The translations under genes and the position numbers were made by a program. Positions 32,201 through 41,017 of a stretch of 64,000 bases of DNA are shown here, piece by piece. Origin of the DNA: an uncultured Pelagibacteraceae bacterium (GTDB taxonomy: Bacteria > Pseudomonadota > Alphaproteobacteria > Pelagibacterales > Pelagibacteraceae); assembly GCA_902592965.1 (NCBI GenBank), contig CACJGL010000004.1:4624-68623 (forward strand), in the 5' to 3' direction. Positions within the stretch are counted from its first letter, which is position 1; the number at the start of each line of letters is the position of its first letter. The notes under the pieces are model-generated. The model was not told the origin of the DNA and did no database searches. It saw only the letters and a program-made list of their open reading frames with translations.

Positions 32201-33888
32201 ATCTTTTTTACTTTAAATATACCGTTATTCATTACGACATATTCAATATTCATTCTTATCATATTTGTATAAACGTCAAACAAATCAAACACCATTGGAT
32301 CTTTTGATATATTAAAAGATGTATTTACTAGTATGTTAACATTATTTTCTTCTAGCTTTTTTAATAATTTAAAAATAAATGAATTTTCATCATCAATAAC
32401 TTGAGTTCTGCAGGTGTTGTCAGTGTGAATTACAGGTAAGTAATCATTTTTTAATTCTTCTTTCGCCTCACATAGAGTTCCCATTGAATATAAATTTTTT
32501 TTAATACTATTTTGAATAGAAAAATATCTTTCAAATTTTTCTTTAAGTAACATCGGAGCAAGTGGTTGATAAAATTCCCTTTTTTTTATTCTGTTATTTA
32601 AATTTTCAACAGCTAATTTATCTTTAGCATTACAAATTATAGAAGTATTGCCCAATGCGCGAGGTCCTGTTTCCATTTTATCAATATAAGTTGTAAGAAT
32701 GTGGCCTTTGATTATTAGATTAGAAGCTATTTCTAAAGAGTTTTCCTTTTGAGAAATTTTTTCAAAAAATTCACTCAATTTGAATCCTTTATTGATATCC
32801 TCTTTATCTGGTCCAGGAAATAGACCTATATGTTTTAAGAATTTATTATTTTCATAAAAATACGAAAAATTCGCAGCCCCAATTGCTGAGCCCGAATCTC
32901 CCGGTGAAGGAGGAACAATTAATTCTTCAAATATGTTTTGTTTAGATAATTCGTGTATCATTTTACAATTTAATGCTACACCACCCGTTAGAACAATTTT
33001 GTTTTTACCTGTTAGTTGTTTTGCTTTTAAAATAAGATTTTTTACCGATTTTTTTAATATTAGTTGAGCTGAACTTGCAATATTAGAATACTTTTGAAAA
33101 TTTTCTTTAATTCCCAAATTTAAATAAGGCTTTCCAAAAATTTTTATAATTATTTCAGAGAACGATCTTTCAGGATTTTTTTGAAATTCAAAGTACGACG
33201 AATTTATCTTTAATTGTTCACAATCAAAAATTTTTTCCATTTCTTTCTCATAAATTGGATTACCATATGAACTTAAACTCATTACTTTAAACTCACCTTC
33301 ATTTGTGTCAAAACCTAGAAAATCAGTTATAGTAGAATAAAATAATCCAATTGAATTAGGATAAAAGTTTGTCCAATGTTTTTTTATTAAATTTTCAGAG
33401 TTGATTGTGTATATGGTCATTGTTTCACCTTCTCCTACCCCGTCACAACTTACAAATGCATAATCATCAATATTATCTACGTATAATGAACCATACAAAC
33501 AATGGCTGAGATGATGCGATGAATATAAAATTTTATCTTTAGATATTTTTATTACTTCATTTAAATGAGTATAAAAAAATATAGACCCTGTATTAAAATT
33601 TTTTAGATGGTGTGTTAATAATTTTTTATTCTCCAGAGGTTTTTTTATTGAATAAATAAAGATTTCCCACCATGATTTGAAAGGTTTTTCATAAAAACAT
33701 ACTGATTTTATATTGCTTTCGTTTAAAGAATATTTTTTTTTTAAAAATTCTAAGCATCTTTTCGGGAAACTTTTGTCACCTTTTATTCTTGTAAAATACT
33801 CTTCTTTAATAAAACAATTGATATTTATTCCATCTGTTAAGAAAATAGAAGATTCGTGATAATAAGCTGAAATACCAATATAAAACAT
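32197..33888 (-). CDS. O-carbamoyltransferase (NodU/CmcH/TobZ/SxtI family)
   Basis: GISAYYHES, HHLSH, GEFKVM, GGVALNC, GDSGSAIGAA, GPRALGN, NTSFN. Confidence 0.93.
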   Translation of the reverse strand: MFYIGISAYYHESSIFLTDGININCFIKEEYFTRIKGDKSFPKRCLEFLKKKYSLNESNIKSVCFYEKPFKSWWEIFIYSIKKPLENKKLLTHHLKNFNTGSIFFYTHLNEVIKISKDKILYSSHHLSHCLYGSLYVDNIDDYAFVSCDGVGEGETMTIYTINSENLIKKHWTNFYPNSIGLFYSTITDFLGFDTNEGEFKVMSLSSYGNPIYEKEMEKIFDCEQLKINSSYFEFQKNPERSFSEIIIKIFGKPYLNLGIKENFQKYSNIASSAQLILKKSVKNLILKAKQLTGKNKIVLTGGVALNCKMIHELSKQNIFEELIVPPSPGDSGSAIGAANFSYFYENNKFLKHIGLFPGPDKEDINKGFKLSEFFEKISQKENSLEIASNLIIKGHILTTYIDKMETGPRALGNTSIICNAKDKLAVENLNNRIKKREFYQPLAPMLLKEKFERYFSIQNSIKKNLYSMGTLCEAKEELKNDYLPVIHTDNTCRTQVIDDENSFIFKLLKKLEENNVNILVNTSFNISKDPMVFDLFDVYTNMIRMNIEYVVMNNGIFKVKKI

Positions 33889-33893
33889 TAAAG

Positions 33894-34610
33894 TTATAGT
33901 ATTGATTTTGGATTAATATTTTTTAAAACATCATTGTCCATTTTGGATTTATCCAAATCCAAAAATCTTACAGGTAAAGACATAATTAAAATTAATAAGT
34001 ATAAAATTGGATTAAAAATTTTTGAAACTTTAGTTAAGCTATTAGCATAAAGATGCCTTAACTTACTTATTAAATTCTCTTTTGAGAATTTAATAAAATA
34101 ACTGAATTTGGAATTATTTTTTTTTGCAAATTTAAGTGAATACTTGGCATGTCGTTCTTCATCTAACAAAATTTTGTCAATTTGCTTTGAGTGATCCGGT
34201 TTAAATTTTCTAATATTTTTGAGAAAATCATGCAATTTTTTTTCTGCAATTTCCTCATTTGCACCAATAAAAATTGCAAAGTCTTTAATATTTTTTTTCT
34301 CAAAAATAAATTTATCTTTATATATATATCCTTTAGCAAATAGATGAATTGGTACAAATCTTATTTCTCTATTATTTAATTGGTGTTCTAAGGAAATTTG
34401 GTTTTTGATATTTGTAAATATAGAAAAATGTTTATACTCATCTAATGAATGTCTTATGAAACCTTTGCTTAATTTTAAATCATCTACATTTTTAGCTGCA
34501 AATAACATTTCTAACGCAGATGCAAATTCTGCTGCAGAAAATTCATTTAAAACAAAACAACATCTTAAAGGTTCAAATTTTTCTAGCTTATTTTTTGGTA
34601 TTAAAAACAT
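33894..34610 (-). CDS. Ferritin-like diiron protein with C-terminal membrane helix
   Basis: Two E...ExxH pairs (AAEF...DEYKH; NEEI...DEERH); C-terminal NPILYLLILIMSLPVR. Confidence 0.72.
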   Translation of the reverse strand: MFLIPKNKLEKFEPLRCCFVLNEFSAAEFASALEMLFAAKNVDDLKLSKGFIRHSLDEYKHFSIFTNIKNQISLEHQLNNREIRFVPIHLFAKGYIYKDKFIFEKKNIKDFAIFIGANEEIAEKKLHDFLKNIRKFKPDHSKQIDKILLDEERHAKYSLKFAKKNNSKFSYFIKFSKENLISKLRHLYANSLTKVSKIFNPILYLLILIMSLPVRFLDLDKSKMDNDVLKNINPKSIL

Positions 34611-35529
34611 TTTATTAATAATTTTTCTTTTAATTTTAACAACAAGTTCCTTAAAATCAAAAGAATGTTTAGATTTTTTACCATTTGGTCATAACGAAAA
34701 TTATGTTCAATTACCTGAAGAAACTCAATTTTGTATTAAATACGGCAAGCAGAATTTGATTTTTAAAACAGATAATAAAGGTGGAAGATTTTTCAAAAAA
34801 AAAAATGAAAATACAATTCAGGTTTTTGGGGATAGTCAAATTTTAGGTATTGATATACAAAATCAGAAAGATCATTTCTTGTCAAAATTTTATAACAAAG
34901 ATTTAGTAATCTATGCTGCTCCTAATAATGGTCCCTACCAAGTTTTAAATTTCATTATCTTAAATCAAGAAAAAATAAATAAAAAAATAATTATTAGTTT
35001 TAATTTGTCTGTTGATATTTTTCGTTTACATCCTGATTATAACATCCAAAATTATGTAGCGCTTAGACAGGATCAATTAAATGATATAATTGAAAAACCA
35101 TTTAAATACAGACTTATTATTCTAAAAAGTTTAATCACAAATAAATTTTTCACAATTTCTAGAAAAAATCAAAAAAAAATGCAAATTCTTTTTGAAAATA
35201 AAAATACCAAAGAGCTTGAAAAAAACTTAAATATATATTTTGAAAACTTAAATGAAATTATTGATAAACTTGATATTGAAGTAGATTATATCTTAACAAT
35301 GCCTTATTGGATTTATGAGCAAGATGAAAATAATAAAAGTTTTTTTATTAACTCTAATTTAGAGCTTAAGTTGAAGAATTTAGTTTGTAGAACATTTCAC
35401 AAAAATAATAAATTACAAAATAAATATGTCTCTATTTTAGACAACAATAATAAAATTCTCACTAAGGATAATAGGCATTTAAGATTAGATAAATTAGTTT
35501 TGACTGATTTAGTAAATTATTGTAAATGA
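34600..35529 (+). CDS. Exported SGNH/GDSL-like protein (start uncertain; ORF open from 34405)
   Basis: Signal-like KNILLIIFLLILTTSSLKS, FGDS block I, PNNGP, late D..H (DNRH). Confidence 0.6.
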   Translation: MKNILLIIFLLILTTSSLKSKECLDFLPFGHNENYVQLPEETQFCIKYGKQNLIFKTDNKGGRFFKKKNENTIQVFGDSQILGIDIQNQKDHFLSKFYNKDLVIYAAPNNGPYQVLNFIILNQEKINKKIIISFNLSVDIFRLHPDYNIQNYVALRQDQLNDIIEKPFKYRLIILKSLITNKFFTISRKNQKKMQILFENKNTKELEKNLNIYFENLNEIIDKLDIEVDYILTMPYWIYEQDENNKSFFINSNLELKLKNLVCRTFHKNNKLQNKYVSILDNNNKILTKDNRHLRLDKLVLTDLVNYCK

Positions 35530-35533
35530 TAGT

Positions 35534-36043
35534 ATGATCAAAAAAATATTCTGTATAACGCTTTTTTCATTATTAACTTTTTCATTCAATGTTAATTCAG
35601 CAGAAATAAAATGTGATGCAGTAGTTATTAGTTCACCAGACATTAAAGGCGATGAGGATTGTAAAAAGAATAAGATTTCAACGAAAAATGCAGAAGTTAA
35701 ATTTGATGATGGATCGATATACCAAGGACCAATTAAAAAAAATAAGATAAATGGCAAAGGAAAATTAACTCTTAATGATGGCTCTGTTTATGAAGGTAAA
35801 TTTAAAAGTAATAAATTTATACAAAAATTTGATAGGAAAAGTAGAATCTTTATTAAATTTAATTTCAAAAAACCAATAAACATTAAAAATCAAATGAAAG
35901 TTACCGGTTTAACAAAATGGTATCCTGCAGATGTTGTTAATGGAGAATTCAAACTTTCAAAAAAAGGAAAGTTGATGGTGTCTCAAGATAAAAAAGCTGC
36001 ACAAGGTGGTGATAGCGGTGGAAGCGGTGGAAGCGGCTGCTAA
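35534..36043 (+). CDS. Exported MORN-repeat protein with Gly/Ser-rich Cys-terminated tail
   Basis: Signal peptide; DGSIYQG..KINGKG.L..DGSVYEGKF; ends GGDSGGSGGSGC. Confidence 0.75.
   Translation: MIKKIFCITLFSLLTFSFNVNSAEIKCDAVVISSPDIKGDEDCKKNKISTKNAEVKFDDGSIYQGPIKKNKINGKGKLTLNDGSVYEGKFKSNKFIQKFDRKSRIFIKFNFKKPINIKNQMKVTGLTKWYPADVVNGEFKLSKKGKLMVSQDKKAAQGGDSGGSGGSGC
36014..36036 (+). repeat. 9-bp tandem repeat (AGCGGTGGA x2 + AGCGG) encoding SGG repeats
   Basis: Read directly from sequence. Confidence 0.8.
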
Positions 36044-36046
36044 AAA

Positions 36047-37117
36047 TTAATAAATTAATCCAGATCCTTTTAAAAATTTAGCACTAGCATCTAAGGCTAA
36101 TCTTGGATTAGCTTCTAAATCCATATTATCAAATTTCTTTATTTTATATTTTTCTAGACCTACCAATGCGATCATTGCTGCGTTGTCTCCACATAGTTTA
36201 ATATCTGGAAAAATTGCCTTAAAGCCATTCTCATTACTCACTTCGGTTAGTTTTTTTCTTATACCATTGTTTGCAGCAACTCCTCCCGCAACAACAAAAG
36301 ACTTTTCTTCAAATGGGTTTTTTAAAAATTCCTTAAAAGCGATCTTAGATTTAATATACAATATTTCTTCGATAGTTTTTTGAAAAGACGCTGCTAAATC
36401 ATATTTTTCTTGTTCTGAATTTATATATTTTGTTATTCTTAGTATTGCAGTTTTAAGTCCTGCAAAAGATAAATTGCATCCACCTTTATTAATTATTGGT
36501 TTGGGTAATTTATATTTATTTGGATCACCTTTTTCAGCAAATTTTTCTAACTTTGGACCACCTGGAAATTCTATTCCTAAAAGCTTTGCAGTTTTGTCAA
36601 ATGCCTCTCCTAAAGCATCATCAATTGTAGTGCCTAATCTTGTGTAACTACCTAATCCATTCACACTTAAAAATTGACTGTGTCCACCCGATATCAACAG
36701 AAGTAAATAAGGATAATTAATATTAGTTTGAAGTCTTGGACTTAAAGCATGACCCTCTAGATGATTGACACCAATAAATGGAATTTTTAAGGATGATGCA
36801 AGTGATTTTGCAAAATTTAAACCAACACTAAGACAAATTATTAAACCAGGTCCAGATGTTGCGGCAACAGCAGATATTTTATCAAGAGATACACCACTCT
36901 CATCCAAAGCTTTTTTTGCAATTAAATTAATTTTTTCAACATGTGACCTTGCAGCCAATTCTGGCACAACTCCTCCAAATTCTTTATGAATGTCAAATTG
37001 ACTTGAAACGATATTTGATAAAATTTTTGGTATACCACTCTCGTTATCTTGAATAATTGAAACCGCTGTTTCATCACAACTTGTCTCAATTCCTAATATT
37101 ATTGGGCTTTTATTCAT
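36047..37117 (-). CDS. tsaD: t6A37 threonylcarbamoyltransferase TsaD
   Basis: GIETSCDET, GGVVPELAARSH, HLEGH, DDALGEAFDK, GGVAAN, DNAAMI. Confidence 0.98.
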   Translation of the reverse strand: MNKSPIILGIETSCDETAVSIIQDNESGIPKILSNIVSSQFDIHKEFGGVVPELAARSHVEKINLIAKKALDESGVSLDKISAVAATSGPGLIICLSVGLNFAKSLASSLKIPFIGVNHLEGHALSPRLQTNINYPYLLLLISGGHSQFLSVNGLGSYTRLGTTIDDALGEAFDKTAKLLGIEFPGGPKLEKFAEKGDPNKYKLPKPIINKGGCNLSFAGLKTAILRITKYINSEQEKYDLAASFQKTIEEILYIKSKIAFKEFLKNPFEEKSFVVAGGVAANNGIRKKLTEVSNENGFKAIFPDIKLCGDNAAMIALVGLEKYKIKKFDNMDLEANPRLALDASAKFLKGSGLIY

Positions 37118-37175
37118 AAATTATTTTTTATAATTAATACAATTAATCTATAAGAATGTAATAAAAATAACTTTT

Positions 37176-38087
37176 ATGAAAAGAGCTAATCTTGTAATTG
37201 GGACACGTGGAAGTAAGTTAGCAATGATTTACGCAGAAAATGTGAAAAAAGAACTAAAAAAATATTTTTCTAAAGAGATTGAATTAAAAAAAATAGTAAC
37301 AACAGGAGATCAAAAGCAAGATGAGAGATTATCTGAAATAGGAGGCAAAGGATTATTTTCAAAACAAATTGAAAAAGATTTATTAGATAAAAATATAGAT
37401 ATTGCAGTACATGCTTTCAAAGACATGCCTACTGAAGAAACTGAAAATCTTTTAACTAATAATTTTTTAAAAAGAAATTCTCCTAATGAAATTTTAATAA
37501 GTAAAAATAACATAAAATTTGAAGATTTAGAGCCAAACTCAATTATTGGTACATCATCATATAGACGAGAATATCAACTTAAGAAAAAAAGACCCAACTT
37601 AAAATATAAACTTATCAGAGGAAATGTTGATACTAGAGTTCAAAAGTTAGAAAAAGGCGAATATGATGCAATAATTCTCTCAAAAGCAGGAGTAGATGCT
37701 TTAAATTTACAACATAAAATTTCACAAGAATTCAGTGTTGACGAGCTTATACCTTGTGCAGGTCAAGGAATTATCGCAATTCAATGTAGAGAAGATGATA
37801 ATGAAATTAAAAAATTACTTGAAAACATTAATGATCAAGAAACAAGAACTATCGCAAAAGCAGAAAGAGAGATCTTAAAAGTTCTTGAAGGAGATTGTGA
37901 CACTGCAGTTGGTGTATATGCAAAATCAAATGGTAATAAAGTAGACCTATTGACCGAATTGTTTTCTGTGGATGGAAAAAATAGATATTTCATAAAAAAA
38001 AGTCTTCAAAAAGAAAATATCGAGTCTACTAGTAGAATGGTGGGAGAAGAGCTAAAATTAAAATCAAAAGGTTCTTATAAAAATTAA
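37176..38087 (+). CDS. hemC: Porphobilinogen deaminase
   Basis: GTRGSKLA, GGKGLF, IRGNVDTR, LEGDC. Confidence 0.97.
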   Translation: MKRANLVIGTRGSKLAMIYAENVKKELKKYFSKEIELKKIVTTGDQKQDERLSEIGGKGLFSKQIEKDLLDKNIDIAVHAFKDMPTEETENLLTNNFLKRNSPNEILISKNNIKFEDLEPNSIIGTSSYRREYQLKKKRPNLKYKLIRGNVDTRVQKLEKGEYDAIILSKAGVDALNLQHKISQEFSVDELIPCAGQGIIAIQCREDDNEIKKLLENINDQETRTIAKAEREILKVLEGDCDTAVGVYAKSNGNKVDLLTELFSVDGKNRYFIKKSLQKENIESTSRMVGEELKLKSKGSYKN

Positions 38088-38088
38088 A

Positions 38089-38787
38089 ATGCATATTTTA
38101 TTAACCAGACCATTAGATGATAGCAAAGAATTAATTTTAAAATTTACTTCCATGAAACATAAAGTTTCTCATTTACCGTTATTACAAATAAAAAAAATAG
38201 AAACACAAGAAATAGATTTTAGCCAGTTCAAAGGCGTCATTTTCACGAGTGCTAATTCTTTAAAAAATTTAAATATTTCAAAAATAGATAAAAAAATAAT
38301 CTGTTTTTGTGTTGGTCTTGCAACAGAAAGAAAGGCAAAAGAATTAGGATTTCAAAATATTTTCTGCGCTGAAGGTAATGTGAATAATCTTAAAGAATTA
38401 ATTTTACAAAACTTTGACCCAAAAATTGGACCAATGGCCTACATTAGTGGAGAAATCGTTTCTTTTAATCTTGATCAAGACTTAATTTCAGAAAACTATG
38501 TCATCAAGAGAATTATAAATTATACTGCAATACCAAATGAAAATTTAAGTGATGACTTTTTAAGAGATATCAAATTTTCTGTGCCAGAAATTGTTTACAT
38601 ATATTCTGAAAACAGTGCGAAGACATTTTTTAAGTTAATAAAAAAATATAATTTAGATAATATTTGGATGGAAACTAACCTAATGTGTATGGGCGAAAAA
38701 GCATCATCAGCATTGAATGACATAAAATGGAAAAAAATTTTTCTTTTTAACCCTGGTGAAGAGGAGTTTTTGCTATATAAAATTTAA
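38089..38787 (+). CDS. hemD: Uroporphyrinogen-III synthase
   Basis: ILLTRP, FTSAN, CVG.AT, YS; follows hemC. Confidence 0.9.
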   Translation: MHILLTRPLDDSKELILKFTSMKHKVSHLPLLQIKKIETQEIDFSQFKGVIFTSANSLKNLNISKIDKKIICFCVGLATERKAKELGFQNIFCAEGNVNNLKELILQNFDPKIGPMAYISGEIVSFNLDQDLISENYVIKRIINYTAIPNENLSDDFLRDIKFSVPEIVYIYSENSAKTFFKLIKKYNLDNIWMETNLMCMGEKASSALNDIKWKKIFLFNPGEEEFLLYKI

Positions 38788-38789
38788 AA

Positions 38790-39875
38790 ATGGACGTTTT
38801 AAATAAACTAAATGAGTTATTTTTATCTGTTTGGAAGCAGGGAATTCTTGGGGTAGATTTCTTTCAGATAATAGTAGGTCTTGGAATATTTGTATTATTT
38901 TTAATATTTAGAGGTCTAATAAGCAAACTTGTAATAAAAAAATTAGAATTAATTTCAAAAAGGACAACTAATAAATTAGATGATACTTTTGTAAAATCTA
39001 TGGAAGGTCCTGCAAGGTTTCTTCCAATTGTTCTTGGTGTATTTTTTGCCAGTTACTATATGTCATTTGATAATGAGACTAGGGGTTTCATAGATAACGT
39101 TAATAGAACTTTAATAACAATTTTAATATTTTGGATAATACATCAGATAATTGAGCCAATATCATATATTTTGAGTGGATTAGATAAAGTACTGACAAAA
39201 GAATTAATAGGCTGGATCATAAAGTCTCTTAAAATCTTAATTTTTATTTTAGGAGCAGCTGCTGTTCTTGAGTTATGGGGAATTAAAATTGGACCAATAA
39301 TTGCAGGCTTAGGTTTATTTGGAGTAGCAGTAGCATTAGGCGCTCAGGATTTATTTAAAAATTTAATTTCTGGAATTTTAGTTTTAGTTGAAAAAAGATT
39401 TAGAATTGGTGATTGGATCAAGGTAGATGGAGTAATTGAAGGGGTGGTTGAAAATATTGGATTTAGATCAACAGTTATAAGAAAATTTGATAAATCACTG
39501 GCAATTATTCCTAATTTTCAATTTGCAGAAAATGCAGTGATTAATAACACAAGAAAGACTAACTGGGCTATTAGTTGGATAATAACTCTTCAATATGACA
39601 CTACAATTGATCAATTAAAAACAATTAGAGACGAAATTGAAGATCATATTAATAAAGGTGAAGATTATGACCAATCTGTAGGAGTCGCCGTAAGAATAGA
39701 TAAGTTTTCAGATAGCTCGATTGATATGTATGTTAGATGTTTTACAAAAACAAATAGTTGGACTAATTATTTACAAGTAAAAGAAAATTTGGCACTTGAA
39801 ATAAAAAAAATTGTTGAAGGTAAGGGAGCTGCTTTTGCATTTCCAAGTCAGTCTATTTATGTTGAAAAAAAATGA
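38790..39875 (+). CDS. MscS family mechanosensitive channel
   Basis: GLGLFGVAVALGAQD..N, FRIGDWI, IGFRST, IPN, FAFPS. Confidence 0.95.
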   Translation: MDVLNKLNELFLSVWKQGILGVDFFQIIVGLGIFVLFLIFRGLISKLVIKKLELISKRTTNKLDDTFVKSMEGPARFLPIVLGVFFASYYMSFDNETRGFIDNVNRTLITILIFWIIHQIIEPISYILSGLDKVLTKELIGWIIKSLKILIFILGAAAVLELWGIKIGPIIAGLGLFGVAVALGAQDLFKNLISGILVLVEKRFRIGDWIKVDGVIEGVVENIGFRSTVIRKFDKSLAIIPNFQFAENAVINNTRKTNWAISWIITLQYDTTIDQLKTIRDEIEDHINKGEDYDQSVGVAVRIDKFSDSSIDMYVRCFTKTNSWTNYLQVKENLALEIKKIVEGKGAAFAFPSQSIYVEKK

Positions 39876-40162
39876 TTGCTATATTTTATTTAGCTCTTCA
39901 AATTTTAAAACTTTATTCATATGTTGTAATTGGCAATGTCGTTATAAGTTGGTTGGTTGCTTTTAATGTACTAAATACAAGCAATCGGTTTGTATATTTA
40001 ATATTAGATTTCACTTATAAAATGACAGAACCGATTTTAATGAGGATTAGAAGATTTTTACCTAACCTTGGTGCTTTTGATATTTCACCTATCGTACTTC
40101 TTTTGTTGATATGGTTCATAGAAATGTGTATGAAGCTCTACATTGCACCGCTAATATTTTAA
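39872..40162 (+). CDS. yggT: YggT family protein
   Basis: ISWL..N, TEP....RR..P..G.FDISPI. Confidence 0.92.
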   Translation: MIAIFYLALQILKLYSYVVIGNVVISWLVAFNVLNTSNRFVYLILDFTYKMTEPILMRIRRFLPNLGAFDISPIVLLLLIWFIEMCMKLYIAPLIF

Positions 40163-40165
40163 TAA

Positions 40166-41011
40166 ATGATTTTAATTGATGGAAAAAAAGCTGCTGCTGA
40201 TTTAAGAGAAGAGCTCAAGAAGGAAGTCTTATCTTTAAAAGATAAGCATAATAAAGTTCCAGGTTTAACAGTCATATTGATTGGTGATTTAGCACCTAGT
40301 CAAATTTATGTTAGAAATAAAGAGAAATCTGCCAATGAAGTAGGTCTTAAATCAGAGGTGATTAGATACCCTGACAGTGTTGAGGAAAGTGAAATTTTAA
40401 AAAAAATTGATGAACTTAACAATGATGATTCTATTTCAGGAATTTTAGTTCAGCTACCACTTCCAAAGCATATTGATAAACAAAAAGTTATAGAGGCAAT
40501 TAAGCCAGAGAAAGATGTAGATGGATTTCATCCCATGAATGTTGGTAATCTGTCTTCAGGTTATGAAAGTTCTATTCCATGCACTCCTTTAGGTTGTTAT
40601 TTATTAATAAAAAAAATTGAACCAAACCTTAATGGAAAAAAAGCCGTAATTGTCGGAAGATCAAATTTAAATGGTAAGCCAATGACACAGTTGTTGTTGA
40701 AAGAAAATTGCACAGTTACAATTACTCACTCAAAAACAAATGATCTAAAGGGTGAATGTTTAAAAGGAGACATTATAGTTGCTGCTGTTGGGATCCCTGA
40801 GCTTGTAAAAGGTGATTGGGTTAAAAAAGATGCAATTGTGATTGACGTTGGTATTAATAAAACTGAAAATGGCCTAGTTGGCGATGTTGCATTTGACGAA
40901 GTATCAAAAGTTGCAAAAGCTTTAACTCCAGTTCCAGGTGGAGTTGGACCTATGACTATTGCATGTTTACTTAAAAATACAATCGAATGTTTTAAAAGAG
41001 CGAATAAATAA
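40166..41011 (+). CDS. folD: Methylene-THF dehydrogenase/cyclohydrolase
   Basis: YVRNK, VQLPLP, KDVDGFH, PCTP, TPVPGGVGPMT. Confidence 0.98.
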   Translation: MILIDGKKAAADLREELKKEVLSLKDKHNKVPGLTVILIGDLAPSQIYVRNKEKSANEVGLKSEVIRYPDSVEESEILKKIDELNNDDSISGILVQLPLPKHIDKQKVIEAIKPEKDVDGFHPMNVGNLSSGYESSIPCTPLGCYLLIKKIEPNLNGKKAVIVGRSNLNGKPMTQLLLKENCTVTITHSKTNDLKGECLKGDIIVAAVGIPELVKGDWVKKDAIVIDVGINKTENGLVGDVAFDEVSKVAKALTPVPGGVGPMTIACLLKNTIECFKRANK

Positions 41012-41017
41012 AATTTA

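Noticed and set aside
24828-33888. EVE domain plus carbamoyltransferase as a DNA base-modification/reader defence system
   Set aside because: EVE sits in its usual core neighbourhood near tsaD, the carbamoyltransferase partners are membrane or exported proteins, and no nuclease, dCMP hydroxymethylase or methylase is present
32039-33888. Saxitoxin biosynthesis because of SxtI/K-like genes
   Set aside because: No sxtA or other core genes; these families are widespread outside toxin clusters
27040-34610. Methylphosphonate (methane precursor) pathway, with the ferritin-like gene as mpnS
   Set aside because: MpnS is a cupin-fold mononuclear iron enzyme; this protein has ExxH diiron motifs and no cupin gene is present
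32197-37117. Functional link between TsaD and the carbamoyltransferase (shared Kae1 fold)
   Set aside because: tsaD appears to be only the island boundary; nothing supports shared function
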